Shown here: positions 43,255-56,816 of the stretch, piece after piece
Layout: every line of letters starts with the position of its first letter
Numbering within the stretch: the first letter of the stretch is position 1
Origin: Eledone cirrhosa
Taxonomy: Eukaryota
Length of the DNA stretch: 64,000 bases
NCBI GenBank assembly: GCA_964016885.1
Contig: OZ024747.1
Span: 85,498,001 to 85,562,000 of the forward strand
Direction of reading: 5' to 3'
Program-made: the position numbers and the translations under genes
The notes under the pieces: generated by a model
The model's input: the letters and a program-made list of their open reading frames with translations, nothing else
The model's database searches: none
What the model was told of the DNA's origin: nothing

Positions 43255-44593
43255 GTTCTTCTGGTTTTATAATTTCACAAAGTTTTACCAATACAGAGAG
43301 TCGGTTTCTAACATAGACACAAGACTCTCTCATTGGAATTTACACAACATCAACTAGGTAGGTATGTATGTATGCATGCATGTGTAGATATGGATGTTAT
43401 TGTATGTGTGGATGTGTACGTTTTGAGTTGTAGGTGTGCATGTGTATATGCTTTGCATCTGTATATGTATAATAACTGCATATACACATCTAATAACTGC
43501 ATATATGCAAAATGTTTGGAATGTCTTACATATTTTTACTGCTCCATTAATGGATTGCACTTGTAATTTCCTAACTAGTTGTGTTCTTTCTGTTCCTGTG
43601 AAGCCTAGCTTCTCAAGATTTGTATTGAGGCAGTTACTAACATATCCCAGTGCCCCAATAATCACAGGCATAAATCTGAAGGTATAATCAGGGTGGAGTA
43701 TCTGCAGATTTCTCATCAGTTCTGCATAAATGTTCTCCTTTTCACTAATCTTTGATATTATATTGGTATCTGCTGGGCAGCTAATTTCCACTACTGTGCA
43801 TGCTTTCTTCTCCCTGTCCCATATCATAATATCTAGTCTGTTATGCCTGCATTTTATTGGGGTTTTTACTGGAACATTCCACCAGTACTCTTTCATATTA
43901 TGTACATGGATGTCTTCCACATTGTTGTAGCTTTTAATGTGTTTATTATCAGGCTATCTTTTTTACGAACTGCATTGTACAGTGTTTTGGCCACTACATC
44001 ATGCCTCATAGGTAGATAGTACCGCGATGACATCTTTGGACAGCTGCTGATGACATGGGTGATATCCTCGATGTTAGTTCTGCAGAGTCTGCACTTGTTA
44101 TCACATCTAGGTGTTTTGCCTGCATCCCTATCTCTTTTGTGAATCAGGTATTTCGTGCTAATCTCCTGTTCCTGGATTGCAAAAGCGTATCCTTCAAAGT
44201 GGGAGCCAATATAGCGGTTGTTGATCCAAGATAGACTACTTTCCTTATCTATATTACTCTCACTCTGGAGCTTCCTGGCAACATATCCATGCATGATTTT
44301 TTGCTGATAGGCATGCAGTTTTTCATCCATGGATTCACTGCGATACTGCTGAGCGACATCCCTGGGTGTGAGTTTTTGATTATCACACAGAGAATATCTC
44401 TCAAAGAGTTCCTTCCCAACTCTCATGATCTTATCTGTTTCATGCAGATAGACTTGCTCGAGAAACGTGCTCCTACGCTTCGAGGTTCGTATATGTTGTC
44501 GGAGAGATATGATGTGACATTCAAATGTTGTCTGGACTGATGTTAGGCCTCTGCCTCCCTGCTTACGTTTCAAGTAAAGGCGGTCTATGTCAC
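43255..44593 (-). mobile_element. 5'-truncated R4/Dong-like RLE non-LTR retrotransposon in (CATA)n
   Basis: DRLYLKRKQGGRGL; CRLC...HVISSC; RHDVVAK; HNRLDI...VVEISCP...KENIY; one frameshift near 43920. 3' end AAACCAGAAGAA(CATA)n. Confidence 0.92.
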
Positions 44594-44629
44594 TGTATGT
44601 ATGTATGAATGTATGTATGTATGTTTTAT

Positions 44630-44884
44630 ATCGGAGTTATCCCAGTTTCCTGAGTTGCCTTCTCATAGAAGAATTCCCTGACAAAGGCTCAGTAGTTACC
44701 GATGATGTTAATCTTTTCTTCTTTTCGGGTTATAGCTACTATCGCTCAGAGAGTAGGGTTGGCTCAGTGTACAGTCTTTAAAAAATATCTTCACGCACAG
44801 GCATTGTACGATAGAATTAATTAATAATTATTAATAATGGTATATCGTGCAATGGCCATACTCGATAACGAGGTGGCAGCCATC
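44630..44884 (+). mobile_element. (CATA)n-associated short element, tail type B
   Basis: Matches 50682-51031; ends GGCAGCCATC(ATGT)n. A ~45 bp 3' stub lies at ~60247-60290(-). Confidence 0.8.
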
Positions 44885-45911
44885 ATGTATGTATGTATGT
44901 ATGTATGTATGTATGTATGTATGTATGTATGTATGTATGTATGTATGTATGTATGTATGTATGTATGTATGTATGTATGTATGTATGTGTGTGTGTATGT
45001 GTGTGTGTATTTGTGAGCGTGTATATGTATATGAATGTCTACATATATATGTATGCGTGTGAATGTCTATGTATGAGTGTGTGACTGGCGGGGGGTGTCT
45101 GTGAACTTGATTGTTTAAGGGTAAGCTAACCACCCTCTTACCCCAGTTTCGCTTTACTTAAGTACATCTAAAGACCATTGTGACTACCAGGTTATTGTCA
45201 GTATCAGAACTTTGTGTGTAGATGAGATATTACTAGTTAAGACCAGTAACAGTATTATTTAACTTAGTACTCTAAATTCGAGGAAAATAGAGTGTAGATA
45301 TCATTAGTATCGGTAGAGGGTCGGACGCCATGCTTTGACGCATAGAGTTACGGCCCTTGCCATTCTGAGTTCAAATCTCGCCGAGGTTAATTTTGCTTTT
45401 CATCCTTACGGGGTCAATAAAATAAAGTACCAGTAATGCACTGGGTAATTGCTAGCCTTGTGCCAAAAGTAGAAATAATTATAAGATAGCAAGCCCGACG
45501 GTCAAGCTTAAATCGTTTCGATGGGAAATGCGGAAAAAGTTTCCCATTTGCAATTCTCCATAACAGAGAACTGATACGGTAAGAAAAAAAAAAAAAATTC
45601 GTCGATTGAATTTCGTCAAATGTTTCCATGGGTCTTTCCAATTGGTAATGCTATCTATCGGTCACAACTCCGGGTAGAGGAAGCAACGTGAAATAAAGTG
45701 TCTTACTCAAGGACATAACGCATCGCCTGGTCTGGGCATCGAACTCACAACTTCATCATTGCGAATCCAGTTCTCTAACCAATCAGTCACACGCCTTCAC
45801 GGTAAATGCAAATAAATATATAAGTAAATAAGTGTTCATATTCTCCCTCTTTCACTCATTGCTTCTGTCTCTCTCGCTCTCCCTATCTCTCACTATTATA
45901 AGCAGTCGAAA

Positions 45912-46232
45912 AGGAGGGTAAGGCATTTAGCTAGGCACCGCTGTGGAGTTGCGAGGCCGAGCAAAAACATGCAAGGCGGTGCTGGTCGAGCTGACGCGCT
46001 AACCTGTCCACACAGGATGGCATCCCATATGCTCTCAAGGGATTTGAGTTACTGAGCGGAGTCCAAACTGATTCCAAGTCTCACAAGTGGCCTCGCGTTT
46101 CTCGATTACAGTGGGTTCCGTTGTTCTGTGGAGAACCCATTTGATGAGGACACGGCAAGAGGTTACCGACGAGACCGGTGACCAGAGACCGAGGCCGCCG
46201 TTTCTAACGGGTAAAGTGGCTGTTGCCATCTA
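45912..46232 (-). mobile_element. CRE-clade LINE internal fragment
   Basis: ATLPVRNGGLGL, then SASQLHSGA*LNALPS. Confidence 0.75.
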
Positions 46233-46298
46233 AAGCCGTCTAAAGATATGCCTGAGAATGGCAAAAACAACAAACCTACCCAGTCCAACCAAACCCAT

Positions 46299-46399
<101 letters not shown>

Positions 46400-47002
46400 C
46401 CTGTCTCGCTTCCTCTCTCGCTCTCTCTAAGACCACTCTATTCTTCCCGTCCCTCTCCTTTCTTCTGTCTTCTTCCCCTAAATGCCAACTGACACCTGAC
46501 TATGAAAGGAATCCCTTATTAACATATGGTTTCTCTCAGAATGTCCCTTGTATTCCTCTATTAGGGAAACTCATCTGGAGTTGTTGACATTTTTGTGGAA
46601 TATCTTTCTATCTAGCTGGGTAGAGGTTATATTTTGGTCGAATATTCCACACCCCACACATCTCCAAAACATTTCTTCGTCTATCACACAGCCACCCCGA
46701 CCTTTCACCCCACAACCAATTATATCCATCGTATCAATTTCCATAACTCCACCACCCGACATATCATTGTCATTCTTTGTTAACAATTATCTCGTATCTC
46801 GGTATCTCTACCGACCCCCATGCTTTCTCTCAAGCTACTCTCTCCTCGACACCAACTTTCAACTATTTAGAAAAAAAAAAAACAGTTTAAAAAACAGAAA
46901 GAAACGTCATTTTAGACTCGTAACAATGTAAAGCATCATTTTTCAAACACCTTGCATTGTTTTCAATGCGCACATACACACTCACAAACATAGACACACA
47001 CA

Positions 47003-47125
<123 letters not shown>

Positions 47126-47294
47126 CCCACACGTGTATGTATGTAATTTTTGTGAAACGAGAGACTTCTAGTCTTCATTAAGACATCCCTCTATGAGAAG
47201 GTCACTCTGAAATAAAACCTGCGACTTCCTTTGCATCCAATGATGTAAACCAGTTCTACTGGTATACAAAGCTTTTAGCTTTTGTTTATAAATT

Positions 47295-47380
<86 letters not shown>

Positions 47381-47684
47381 TGTTATTCAGTACTATTATA
47401 GACTGACCAGTACAGAACACCTACTTATATTGAATTAGATAAGATAATACTGTTATTGATTACCATGTGGTCTGACCAGCATAGAGGATATTGAATTATT
47501 AATACATAGTTAGTGAAGGCCCCCGAAGGATATTTTGGCAGAATTTATGAAATGTTGGGCGGGATACTTTTCACTATCTGATCTATCTCGATGCATTTTG
47601 AGTTCAAATTTCGCTTTCTGTGATCGGGAAAACGGTGATACTGCCACCAGAATGTATAATAATATCGGCAATGGAAAGACCAAT

Positions 47685-47773
<89 letters not shown>

Positions 47774-48308
47774 AAGAATAAGCTCCACCAAATTTCGCCC
47801 AACACGAAGAAAAAGGGAACTAAGAGTATTAGCTACCACATTATGGTTTGTGTCTGCAAATTAAAGAAAAATATTAATAAATTTGCTAGACATTATCCTC
47901 ACAGCACCAAAAAGAACTTTATCTTCTTTAACGATAGAAAAAATAGATCATTTATTTAAGTCACATCTGTACATGCAGAGACACGATCTAGAGTTTCCTC
48001 GTATTTAACATGGATAAACCAGCACCACACTTAAGCCTTCTTTGACCAGAGTTGCCATCAAATGATTGATAAGGTAATTCAGATGAGAAAACACAATGTA
48101 TAATAAGAACTAAGGACTACTAGATTCATACTCCACACACATCGATCAGTAAAATGTGAGGTGGAGATTGATCCGCTATCTTCTCTTCCACTCCTTCCAA
48201 AATGTATTTATTTTCAATAGACTGAAATGGAATAGATTAGGGACTACTGTCCTGTTGTCCTGTTGTAAATCACAACCACTGCTTTCATTAATTTACATTT
48301 GTATACAT

Positions 48309-48461
<153 letters not shown>

Positions 48462-48505
48462 AATGAGTGGGTGCTTGTATTTATATATGTACAAACTCAC
48501 ACACT

Positions 48506-48556
<51 letters not shown>

Positions 48557-48608
48557 TGTATGTATATACATATATGTATGTATATACATATATGTGTGTA
48601 TATATATA

Positions 48609-48910
48609 CAATGATATTAAATAAATGGAAACTATATTTATAAAACCATATTTATTCTATTATATATATTTCAAGGGGACCAAAACTTTGATACTCTCTC
48701 ATCAGATAAAATACAAAGTGTGTTTTATAAATGTTGACATAACCAACGGTTCAAGTTTTTCTTAAATAGAATAAATATGGTTTTATAAATTTAGTTTCCA
48801 TTTATTTAATATCAATGAATATTATACTCCAGAAAATCTGTCGAGTGCTCTGAATCAGTTATAAACATTTATATTTGTTGAATTACCAACAAATTGAATA
48901 TCCCTTTTGC
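48609..48910. mobile_element. Fold-back cassette with HHR at 48657-48709(-)
   Basis: Arms 48609-48661 and 48766-48816. Minus strand UUAU-CUGAUGA-GAGAG...CCCCUU-GAAA-UAUAUA-UA-AUAG; stem II is imperfect. Confidence 0.7.
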
Positions 48911-48924
48911 TTATGTATATATAT

Positions 48925-48983
<59 letters not shown>

Positions 48984-49070
48984 CCAGATATATATATGAG
49001 TGGGTGCATGTATTTATATATGCAGACACACACACACACACACACACAGAGGCACACATACACACACACA

Positions 49071-49172
<102 letters not shown>

Positions 49173-49594
49173 AACGAGAAAACACTGCTGTTTTCTATCA
49201 TGTTATGTTTTCTCGTTTAGTCTTGTTACAGCATGTCTCCTTCTCCCACACCTCTTCTTCCCAATTACCCCCCCCCACCTTCTCTTTCATTGAGTGTTCT
49301 TGTTTGCTCTTGTTACAGCATGTTTTTTCCCTCTTTCTCTTCCTTTTTCTCTTCCTCTATCACCCCTTCTTCATCCTCTCCACCTCCTCGTCACCCCCCT
49401 CTCTAAACCTATCCACCACCACCCGATTCCCTCTCCCTAATCACAATGCACTCAGTGATCAATAACGACAATGATTGATGTAAAACGGAAGGAAGATAAA
49501 TGTTGATAATGACCTGGTGCTTTAATGTCAGTTCGTCTGCCGTGGGTGGGTGGTGGGGGGTACCTGGTAGTCTGTCAGCTTGCCTGTCTGTATA

Positions 49595-49955
49595 TATGTG
49601 CCTATTTGTGTGTGTGTGTGTGTGTGTATGTATTTGTCTATTTGTGTGTGTATGTATGTGTCTATTTGTGTGTGTGTATGTATGTGTCTATTTGTGTGTG
49701 TGTATGTATGTGTCTATTTGTGTGTGTGTATGTATTTGTCTATTTGTGTGTATGTATGTATGTATGTGTCTATTTGTGTGTGTGTATGTATGTGTCTATA
49801 TGTGTGTGTGTATGTATGTGTCTATTTGTGTGTGTGTATGTATGTGTCTATTTGTGTGTGTGTATGTATTTGTCTATTTGTGTGTGTGTATGTGTCTATT
49901 TGTGTGTGTGTATGTATGTGTCTATTTGTGTGTATGTATGTATGTGTCTATTTGT
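49595..49955. repeat. ~26 bp TG-rich minisatellite
   Basis: TGTGTCTATTTGTGTGTGTGTATGTA units. Confidence 0.92.
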
Positions 49956-50035
49956 CTCAATCTATGACTCTATGTAGTCTGTGTGGCTGACTAGCTGTGT
50001 GTTTGTCTGTCAGTTTGTATGTATGTATATGCGTT

Positions 50036-50119
<84 letters not shown>

Positions 50120-50444
50120 CAGTCGATCGACTTTCGTCAAATCGGACCGAGGAAACAATGTTTCCGTTGGTCTTTCAAATTGCTAATACTATGTATCGGT
50201 CGCAACTCCAGGTAGAAGGAGCAACGTGAAATAAAGTGTCTTGCTCAAGGACATAACGCATCGCCTGGTCCGGGAATCGAACTCACAACTTCATGATTGC
50301 GAATCCACTCGGCCACGCGCCTGTATGCATGTATGTATGTTCTTCTGGTTTTATAATTTCACAAACGTATGTATGTATGTATGTATGTATGTATGTATGT
50401 ATGTATGTATGTATGTATGTATGTATGTATGTATGTATGTATGT

Positions 50445-51833
50445 CGGGTCAATCGTGAGTGCTACTGGTAACATGTAAACCAATACAACCTGTCGCATGG
50501 TCGGGTCGTCGGCGACTAAACTGGCAACCCCACCAAGTTTAGGTGAGGAGGGTGATTTTGGACACCCTGCAGGACAAAAAACAAAACCTGACAAAGGGTG
50601 GAAGAACTCATAAGAGTCAACGACCATCCAAAAATGTGTAAATATGTATATACACATGTAAATGTGTATGTGTATGTATATGCGCGGGGACATAGAAATA
50701 GTCGGGCTGAACACCCGACTGCGCGATTAAACCACTGGGAGTGAAAGACCCCTAGCCTTTGTCAGAGCATTCTTCTAGGAGAAAGCAACTCAGGAAACTG
50801 GGATAACTCCGACATAAAACCTGCAGCTCAGAAGTTACCAATGATGTTGATCTTTTCTTCTTTTCGGGTTATAGCTACTGTCCCTCAGAGAGTGGGATTG
50901 GCTCAGGGCACAGTCCTTCTTCATTTTAAAAAAATCGTTGCGCACAGGCATTGCACGATGGAATTAATTAATAATTATTAATAATGGTATATCGTGCAAT
51001 GGCCATACTCGAAAACGAGGGGGCAGCCATCATGTATGTGTGTATGTGTGTATGCGCGGGGACATGGAAATACTGGTTTTGGTGCCCGGGCATACAGTTA
51101 GCCCACTAGGAGTAAGAGACCCCTAGTTCTTGTTAAGACATCATTCTAGTAGAAAGAAAACTCTGATGTAAAACTCACGACTCGTTGGCAACCAATGATG
51201 TTGACCTGTTCTTCTTTTTTGGATAATTGTCACTGTTGTTCAGAGAGTGAGACTGGTCCAGTGCATGGCTTTTCTCCACTTAAAAAAGTTTCAAGCACAG
51301 GCATCACTTGATCTAAACGACGTTTACGTGTGTCGTGTGAGCATGGCATTTTCGTTTTTCTTTCGCTGCGGCGTATCTAGAAAGGAATCTAAGTCTTTGG
51401 CAGTTCTTAAAAGACATGCATGAGAAAAAGGTCACAGGATGACAATTCTCGAAACCGAGATGCAACATTTATGTATGTATTTATGTTTGTATGTATGTAT
51501 GTATGTTGGTCGTTGGCGACTAAACTGGCAACCCCACCAAGTTTTCTTGGTGAGGAGGGTGACTTTGGACATCCTGCAGGACTAAAAACAAAACCTGTTA
51601 AAGGGAAAAGGACCTCTTAAGAGTCAATGGCCATCCTTTGTCAAGGCAGAATTCTACGTGGTACCATGGGCCCAGCACTATGTGTCAATAATTGTCACAA
51701 GTGTAGTGTTTGTACCAGAGTGTTCAAGTTGCTGGCTGGACTAAAATGTCACACTAGTTCAGCGCATCGGTAGGAGTTCTCCTACATGGATATAAAGTAG
51801 TGGCTGTACTCGAAAACGAGTTGGCAGCCACCA

Positions 51834-51864
<31 letters not shown>

Positions 51865-52334
51865 ATATATATATGTATATGTATGTATATATGTGGGTAT
51901 ATATGTATGTATATGTATATGTACTTGGAGAGATGACCCCTTAGCCTTTGTCAAGGCAGAATTCTAGGAGAAGGAAAACTCTGATATAACACCTGCAACC
52001 CTGATGGTATCCAATGATGTTGACTTATTCTTCTTTTTGGTAAATATCATCTTGGTTAAGAGAGTGGGACTGGCTTTGTGCAGTGCCATTGCTCACTATA
52101 AAAGCTTCACGGCACAGGCATTGCTTTATATCTGGAGATCTCTCTGCACTTGTCATCACATGGTACCATGGGCCCAGCACTATGTGTCAGTAATTGTCAC
52201 AAGTGTAGTGTTTGTACCAGAGTTTTCAAGTCGCTGGCTGGACGAAAAAGTCACACTCGTTCAGCGCATCGGTGGCGGTTCTCCTACATGGATATAAGGT
52301 AGTGGCCGTACTGGAAAACGAGTTGGCAGCCACC
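50445..52334 (+). mobile_element. Cluster of short (CATA)n-associated elements with RTE 5'-UTR-like heads
   Basis: Modules at 50445-50630, 50682-51031, 51053-51305, 51508-51832 and 51926-52334. Shared CTAGGAGAAGGAAAACTCTGA and CCAATGATGTTGA.CT.TTCTTC motifs. Confidence 0.7.
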
Positions 52335-52642
52335 ATGTATGTATGTATGTATGTATGTATGTATGTATGTATGTATGTATGTATGTATGTATGTATGTAT
52401 TATGTACGCATGTATGTATATACGCATGTATATATGTACAGTATGTATATATGTATGTATTTATGTATGTATGTATGTAAGTATGTATGTCTGTATGTCA
52501 GTCTGTCTGTTTTAACCTGCTCAGCTTGTTATTCAAGTAGGAACTGTTAGAGATAAAAGATAAGAATATAATACTGGTGACATTGTACAGACATTGTACA
52601 CCTTTCGCTAATAAATTACAGCCGGCCTGCTTGGAGGTGTAT

Positions 52643-52932
52643 AAGTAAGCAGAGGTTGTTATTAACTGAGCGACTAAAGTGAGTGAGGATCCCAGTTATA
52701 GGGGGTGGGGTAGATATGGAATGATATGACAGAGGGGAGAGAGAGGCAAAGGTATATATACCAAAGTTGTATATACCAAAGATGTATATTCCAAAGTTGT
52801 ATACACCTTTGGTATATACAACTTTGGTATATATACCTTTGTCTCCCTCTCCCCTCTGTCATATCATTCCATATCTACCCCACCCCCTATAAGTGTGATC
52901 CTCACTCAGTTAATAAGAACCGTTGCTTACTT
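52643..52932. repeat. ~290 bp hairpin (fold-back/MITE-like) with internal 17 bp repeats
   Basis: GGGGGTGGGGTAGATATGGAATGATATGACAGAGGGGAG and its reverse complement; TATATACCAAAG units in the centre and again at 52933-53005. Confidence 0.9.
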
Positions 52933-53639
52933 ATACACCTTTGTATACACCTTTGGTATATACACCTTTGGAATATACAACTTTGGTATATACCAAAGAT
53001 GTATGTACCATTCATGCAGGGCCCTCGTTTGTCTTTAAAATGTGAGGGGGACAAACCAACATTTGTTGATCCTTAAAGGAGCATGTTAGTATTGCTTATC
53101 GTGCCTTTCCCGGACCCTATCACACAAGTAACATTTTACGGTAATTAAACTTTATATATTCAAATGAAGTTCAGATATAAAAAAAATAAGCTTAAAAAGA
53201 ATTTATATCAAATAAACAAAAACTAAAACATAGACGTTTGAAAAAGTGTGTGTGTGTGAGGGGGGGGGGGTCTTGTTCCCTGGTACCCTCCTGAAACAAG
53301 GCCCTTGCATTCATGACCAAATTTTGAAGACCACTTGGCAAAAATTTAACATTTCTTAATGTATTGGGATCATCCACTTTGATTTTTGCAAAATACAAAA
53401 TACAATAGTTCCGATGTATTTTATCATCTTCATTACTTAAATATTTGTAGTACAAAGTTTTGTTAGTTTAAAGGCTGTGCGTCTATTGTAAATGGTGGTT
53501 CTTGTCAAGTGTTCATACTTCACAAGTTCAAAGAACCTAAATAGTAACTCTATACGACATAGGTTGTTCAGAGCATGAGATTTCTGTCAAAATTGGATGT
53601 AGCAAGAAAGAGGTCCTATAATGCGTTTAGAAATTCTAG

Positions 53640-54131
53640 ATTTCTGGTTCGTATTCTGACACGAAAAATGCGGTCGCCGTTGAAAAAGTACCCCTACAAA
53701 AATTTTGTTATGTTCTTCTACAATTTTGGGCAAAAAGATTAGAGCTGCATGCTTCTAACACGTACAGAGGTGCATCCTATGGCTACATCTCACCGGCTGG
53801 TTCATGAATTTGGGCAAGCCTACTCGCAAGCCAAGATTAACATTAGATATGAAAAAGAAGCGCCTGGCATTCGAAAAATAACATGGACATTTGACTTGTG
53901 GGAATACATAAGGAACAATCTTGCAGCGTAAAAGTCGTAGGAATTAAATATCTTCCACAGGAAGACTTCGATGCTCTAATATGGGTCGTCGTATTCAAGC
54001 GGTCATCATGGCGGCAAAAGGTGGACATAAATTGATGTCTGAAAACCTGCCTTTAATATTATTGATGCTTTAAAGTGAGTATTTCAACTTTCACTTTATT
54101 TGGTGTTATTTTCATTTTGGCCATGACTGTA
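53640..54131 (+). mobile_element. Tc1-like transposon 3' relic
   Basis: RRIQAVIMAAKGGH C-terminus and a right terminal repeat ending TTTTGGCCATGACTG|TA. Confidence 0.75.
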
Positions 54132-54659
54132 TACTCTCGGGTCTCGAATAATAGGGGGGGGGGGGCATTGGAATAAGAGGAAGGTTGGAAAATTGGTAAT
54201 GTTTCTAGGTTGTCTCTCTTGATTTAAAAAAAAACAGAATTAGTCGTTTAGTTTAGATATTGAAACGCCAACCTATTCTATTTATCTTATAACGTATGGA
54301 ATTTCTTATAATGTTCTTTTTCGTATTGTATAATATTTTTTTAATGTCTAAAGAAAATTAATTATCGCAGGAATGCAACTAATTAAAATAATCGCCGGAG
54401 TTAGATTAACAAAATTTAAAAAGCGAGGGTTTGGAATAAGAGCGGTGTGGGTGAACCTGAACAATTAATAAGACGGAAAAAGAAGTTGCCATACTAAGAG
54501 AGAGAGATAGAGTCTATCTGTGTGTACACGTGGCTATGGGGTACTCAACCACTTACTGCATAATACAAAATGGATTGTACCTGTAATTCAAAGGTCCAGT
54601 CTTGTCACATTGTGTCACGTTGATTCGCTTAGGAATACATTAAGGGTACACGTGTCTGT

Positions 54660-55202
54660 GGGATACTCAATTACCTGAGTATTCAACTGTCTGAATACTC
54701 AACTACCTGGATACTCAATTACCTGAGTACTTAACTAGCCGAGTACTCAATTACCCGAGTACTTAACTAAGTGAGTACTCAATTACCTGAGTACTTAACT
54801 AGTTGAGTACTCAATTACCTGAGCACTTAACTACCTGAGTGCTCAATTACCTGATCACTTAACTACCCGAGTACTCAATTATATCAGTACACAATTACCT
54901 GAGTACACAATTACTTCAGTGCTCAACTATCTGGATAATCAACTGCCTAAATACTCAACTCTCTGAATATACAAATATCTGGATACTCAACTGCCTGAAT
55001 ACTTAACCACCCGAGTACTCAATTTCCTGAATACTCAACTGTCTGGGTATTTAACTACCTGAATACTCAACTAACTGAGTACTCAGCTGTCTGAATACTC
55101 AGCGAACTGAGTGTTTAACTGCTTGAGTACCCAATTACCTGAATACTCAACTAACTGAGTACAGTACTCAATTACCTGAGAACTCAATCTACTTGAGTAC
55201 TC
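54660..55202. repeat. 16 bp minisatellite expanded within a SINE family 2 body
   Basis: GAGTACTCAATTACCT units. Flanks (54520-54660 and 55203-55225) resemble 26500-26660. Confidence 0.85.
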
Positions 55203-55707
55203 ATTGTCGAAACCGACGGAGGATCTACCATCCTACACATTTCCACAGTTGAACAACAGAAAACAAAATGGTGTTTAACCAAGTTTTAAGGGTACATCAA
55301 TAATAGATACCATGCAATTGCACATGGTGTTTACCGATCGTAAAAATAAAAATATAAAATGAAAAGCATAGTTTGAGGGGAAACAATGAGAAGAACGAGA
55401 ACATTGCTTCTACGTCCTCAACTCCTTTACATTATAAGAAGCTTTATGAGCCAAAGGCGTTATTATTGTACTGTTTTGTTTTTAAAAAGAAACCATAGGA
55501 AGATATCCGTTTACCGAGCGACAATCAATAATGAAATGTTTATAAATAACTGCGTTGTAGCAAGATTTTCTATCTTACGTTGCGGAAAAGTTGGTGTGTC
55601 AGTAATATACTTCTTCTGAGTAGCTATACTTACTTTTCTATTGTGCAGTATGTAAATATTTTCCCCTCAACCCAATATCCACCTCCTTCACATTCTCTCA
55701 ATACATG

Positions 55708-55774
<67 letters not shown>

Positions 55775-55777
<3 letters not shown>

Positions 55778-56255
55778 GAGGTATCCACAGTAAGTTGTGG
55801 GATCTATTCTGCATGAAGAACTCGATGTAATCCATATGTTGAAAATGTTGTAGGTTAAGATAAATCCCGGAAAACAATAAAACATTAAAAGGAAAACAGA
55901 GACATGATATAAGTTAAAACAATGAAATAAAAAATCAGGTCATTAGAGATATACTTCACTGCTTTACGATCGTTTCTAGATGATGATAATACATTGTAGC
56001 TATACTCTGTTATTGATCTATGTAAGGTTAGTTACAAAATATCAGATAAAGAGAATATTTACTTACATGCATATCATCAGCTGTTTTCAAAACAGCTGAT
56101 GATATGCATGTAAGTAAATATTCTCTTTATCTGATAGTTTGTAACTAACCTTACATAGATCAATAACAGAGCATATGTATTATCATCATCTAGAAACGAT
56201 CGTAAAGCAGTGAAGTATATCTCTAATGACTTGATTTTTTATTTCATTGTTTTAA

Positions 56256-56259
<4 letters not shown>
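55775..56259. mobile_element. Fold-back cassette with ~170 bp arms (55909-56259) and HHR-like half motifs
   Basis: Centre CAGCTGTTTT-C-AAAACAGCTG; CTGATGA and GAAA-CGATCG-TA in each arm; flanked by TA/CA repeats. Confidence 0.85.
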
Positions 56260-56296
<37 letters not shown>

Positions 56297-56341
56297 GCAC
56301 ACACACATACACACAGACACTCACACACACACACACGCATA

Positions 56342-56460
56342 TCTTTTGATGAAGGACTAGCGTCCGAAACGTTAAGACCCTCTTCCTGCTATTTGAAGCG
56401 TTAACCTAATACTTCTATTTACTGTACCGATTGTGTTGTTATTTCTGTTTACCTTTTACA
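56342..56460 (+). mobile_element. 120 bp HHR-plus-tail stub (C3U core variant), same family as 60778-60899
   Basis: UCUU-UUGAUGA-A-GGAC(UAGC)GUCC-GAAA-CG-UU-AAGA. A diverged copy lies at ~16847-16955. Confidence 0.8.
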
Positions 56461-56496
56461 AACACACACACACACGCACACGCGCGCACACGCGCG

Positions 56497-56693
<197 letters not shown>

Positions 56694-56755
56694 AGGCTGA
56701 CTGATTTCTATCAGAGAGATACTTCTTCCAAACCCCAACAATTCTCCACCCGCAC

Positions 56756-56816
<61 letters not shown>

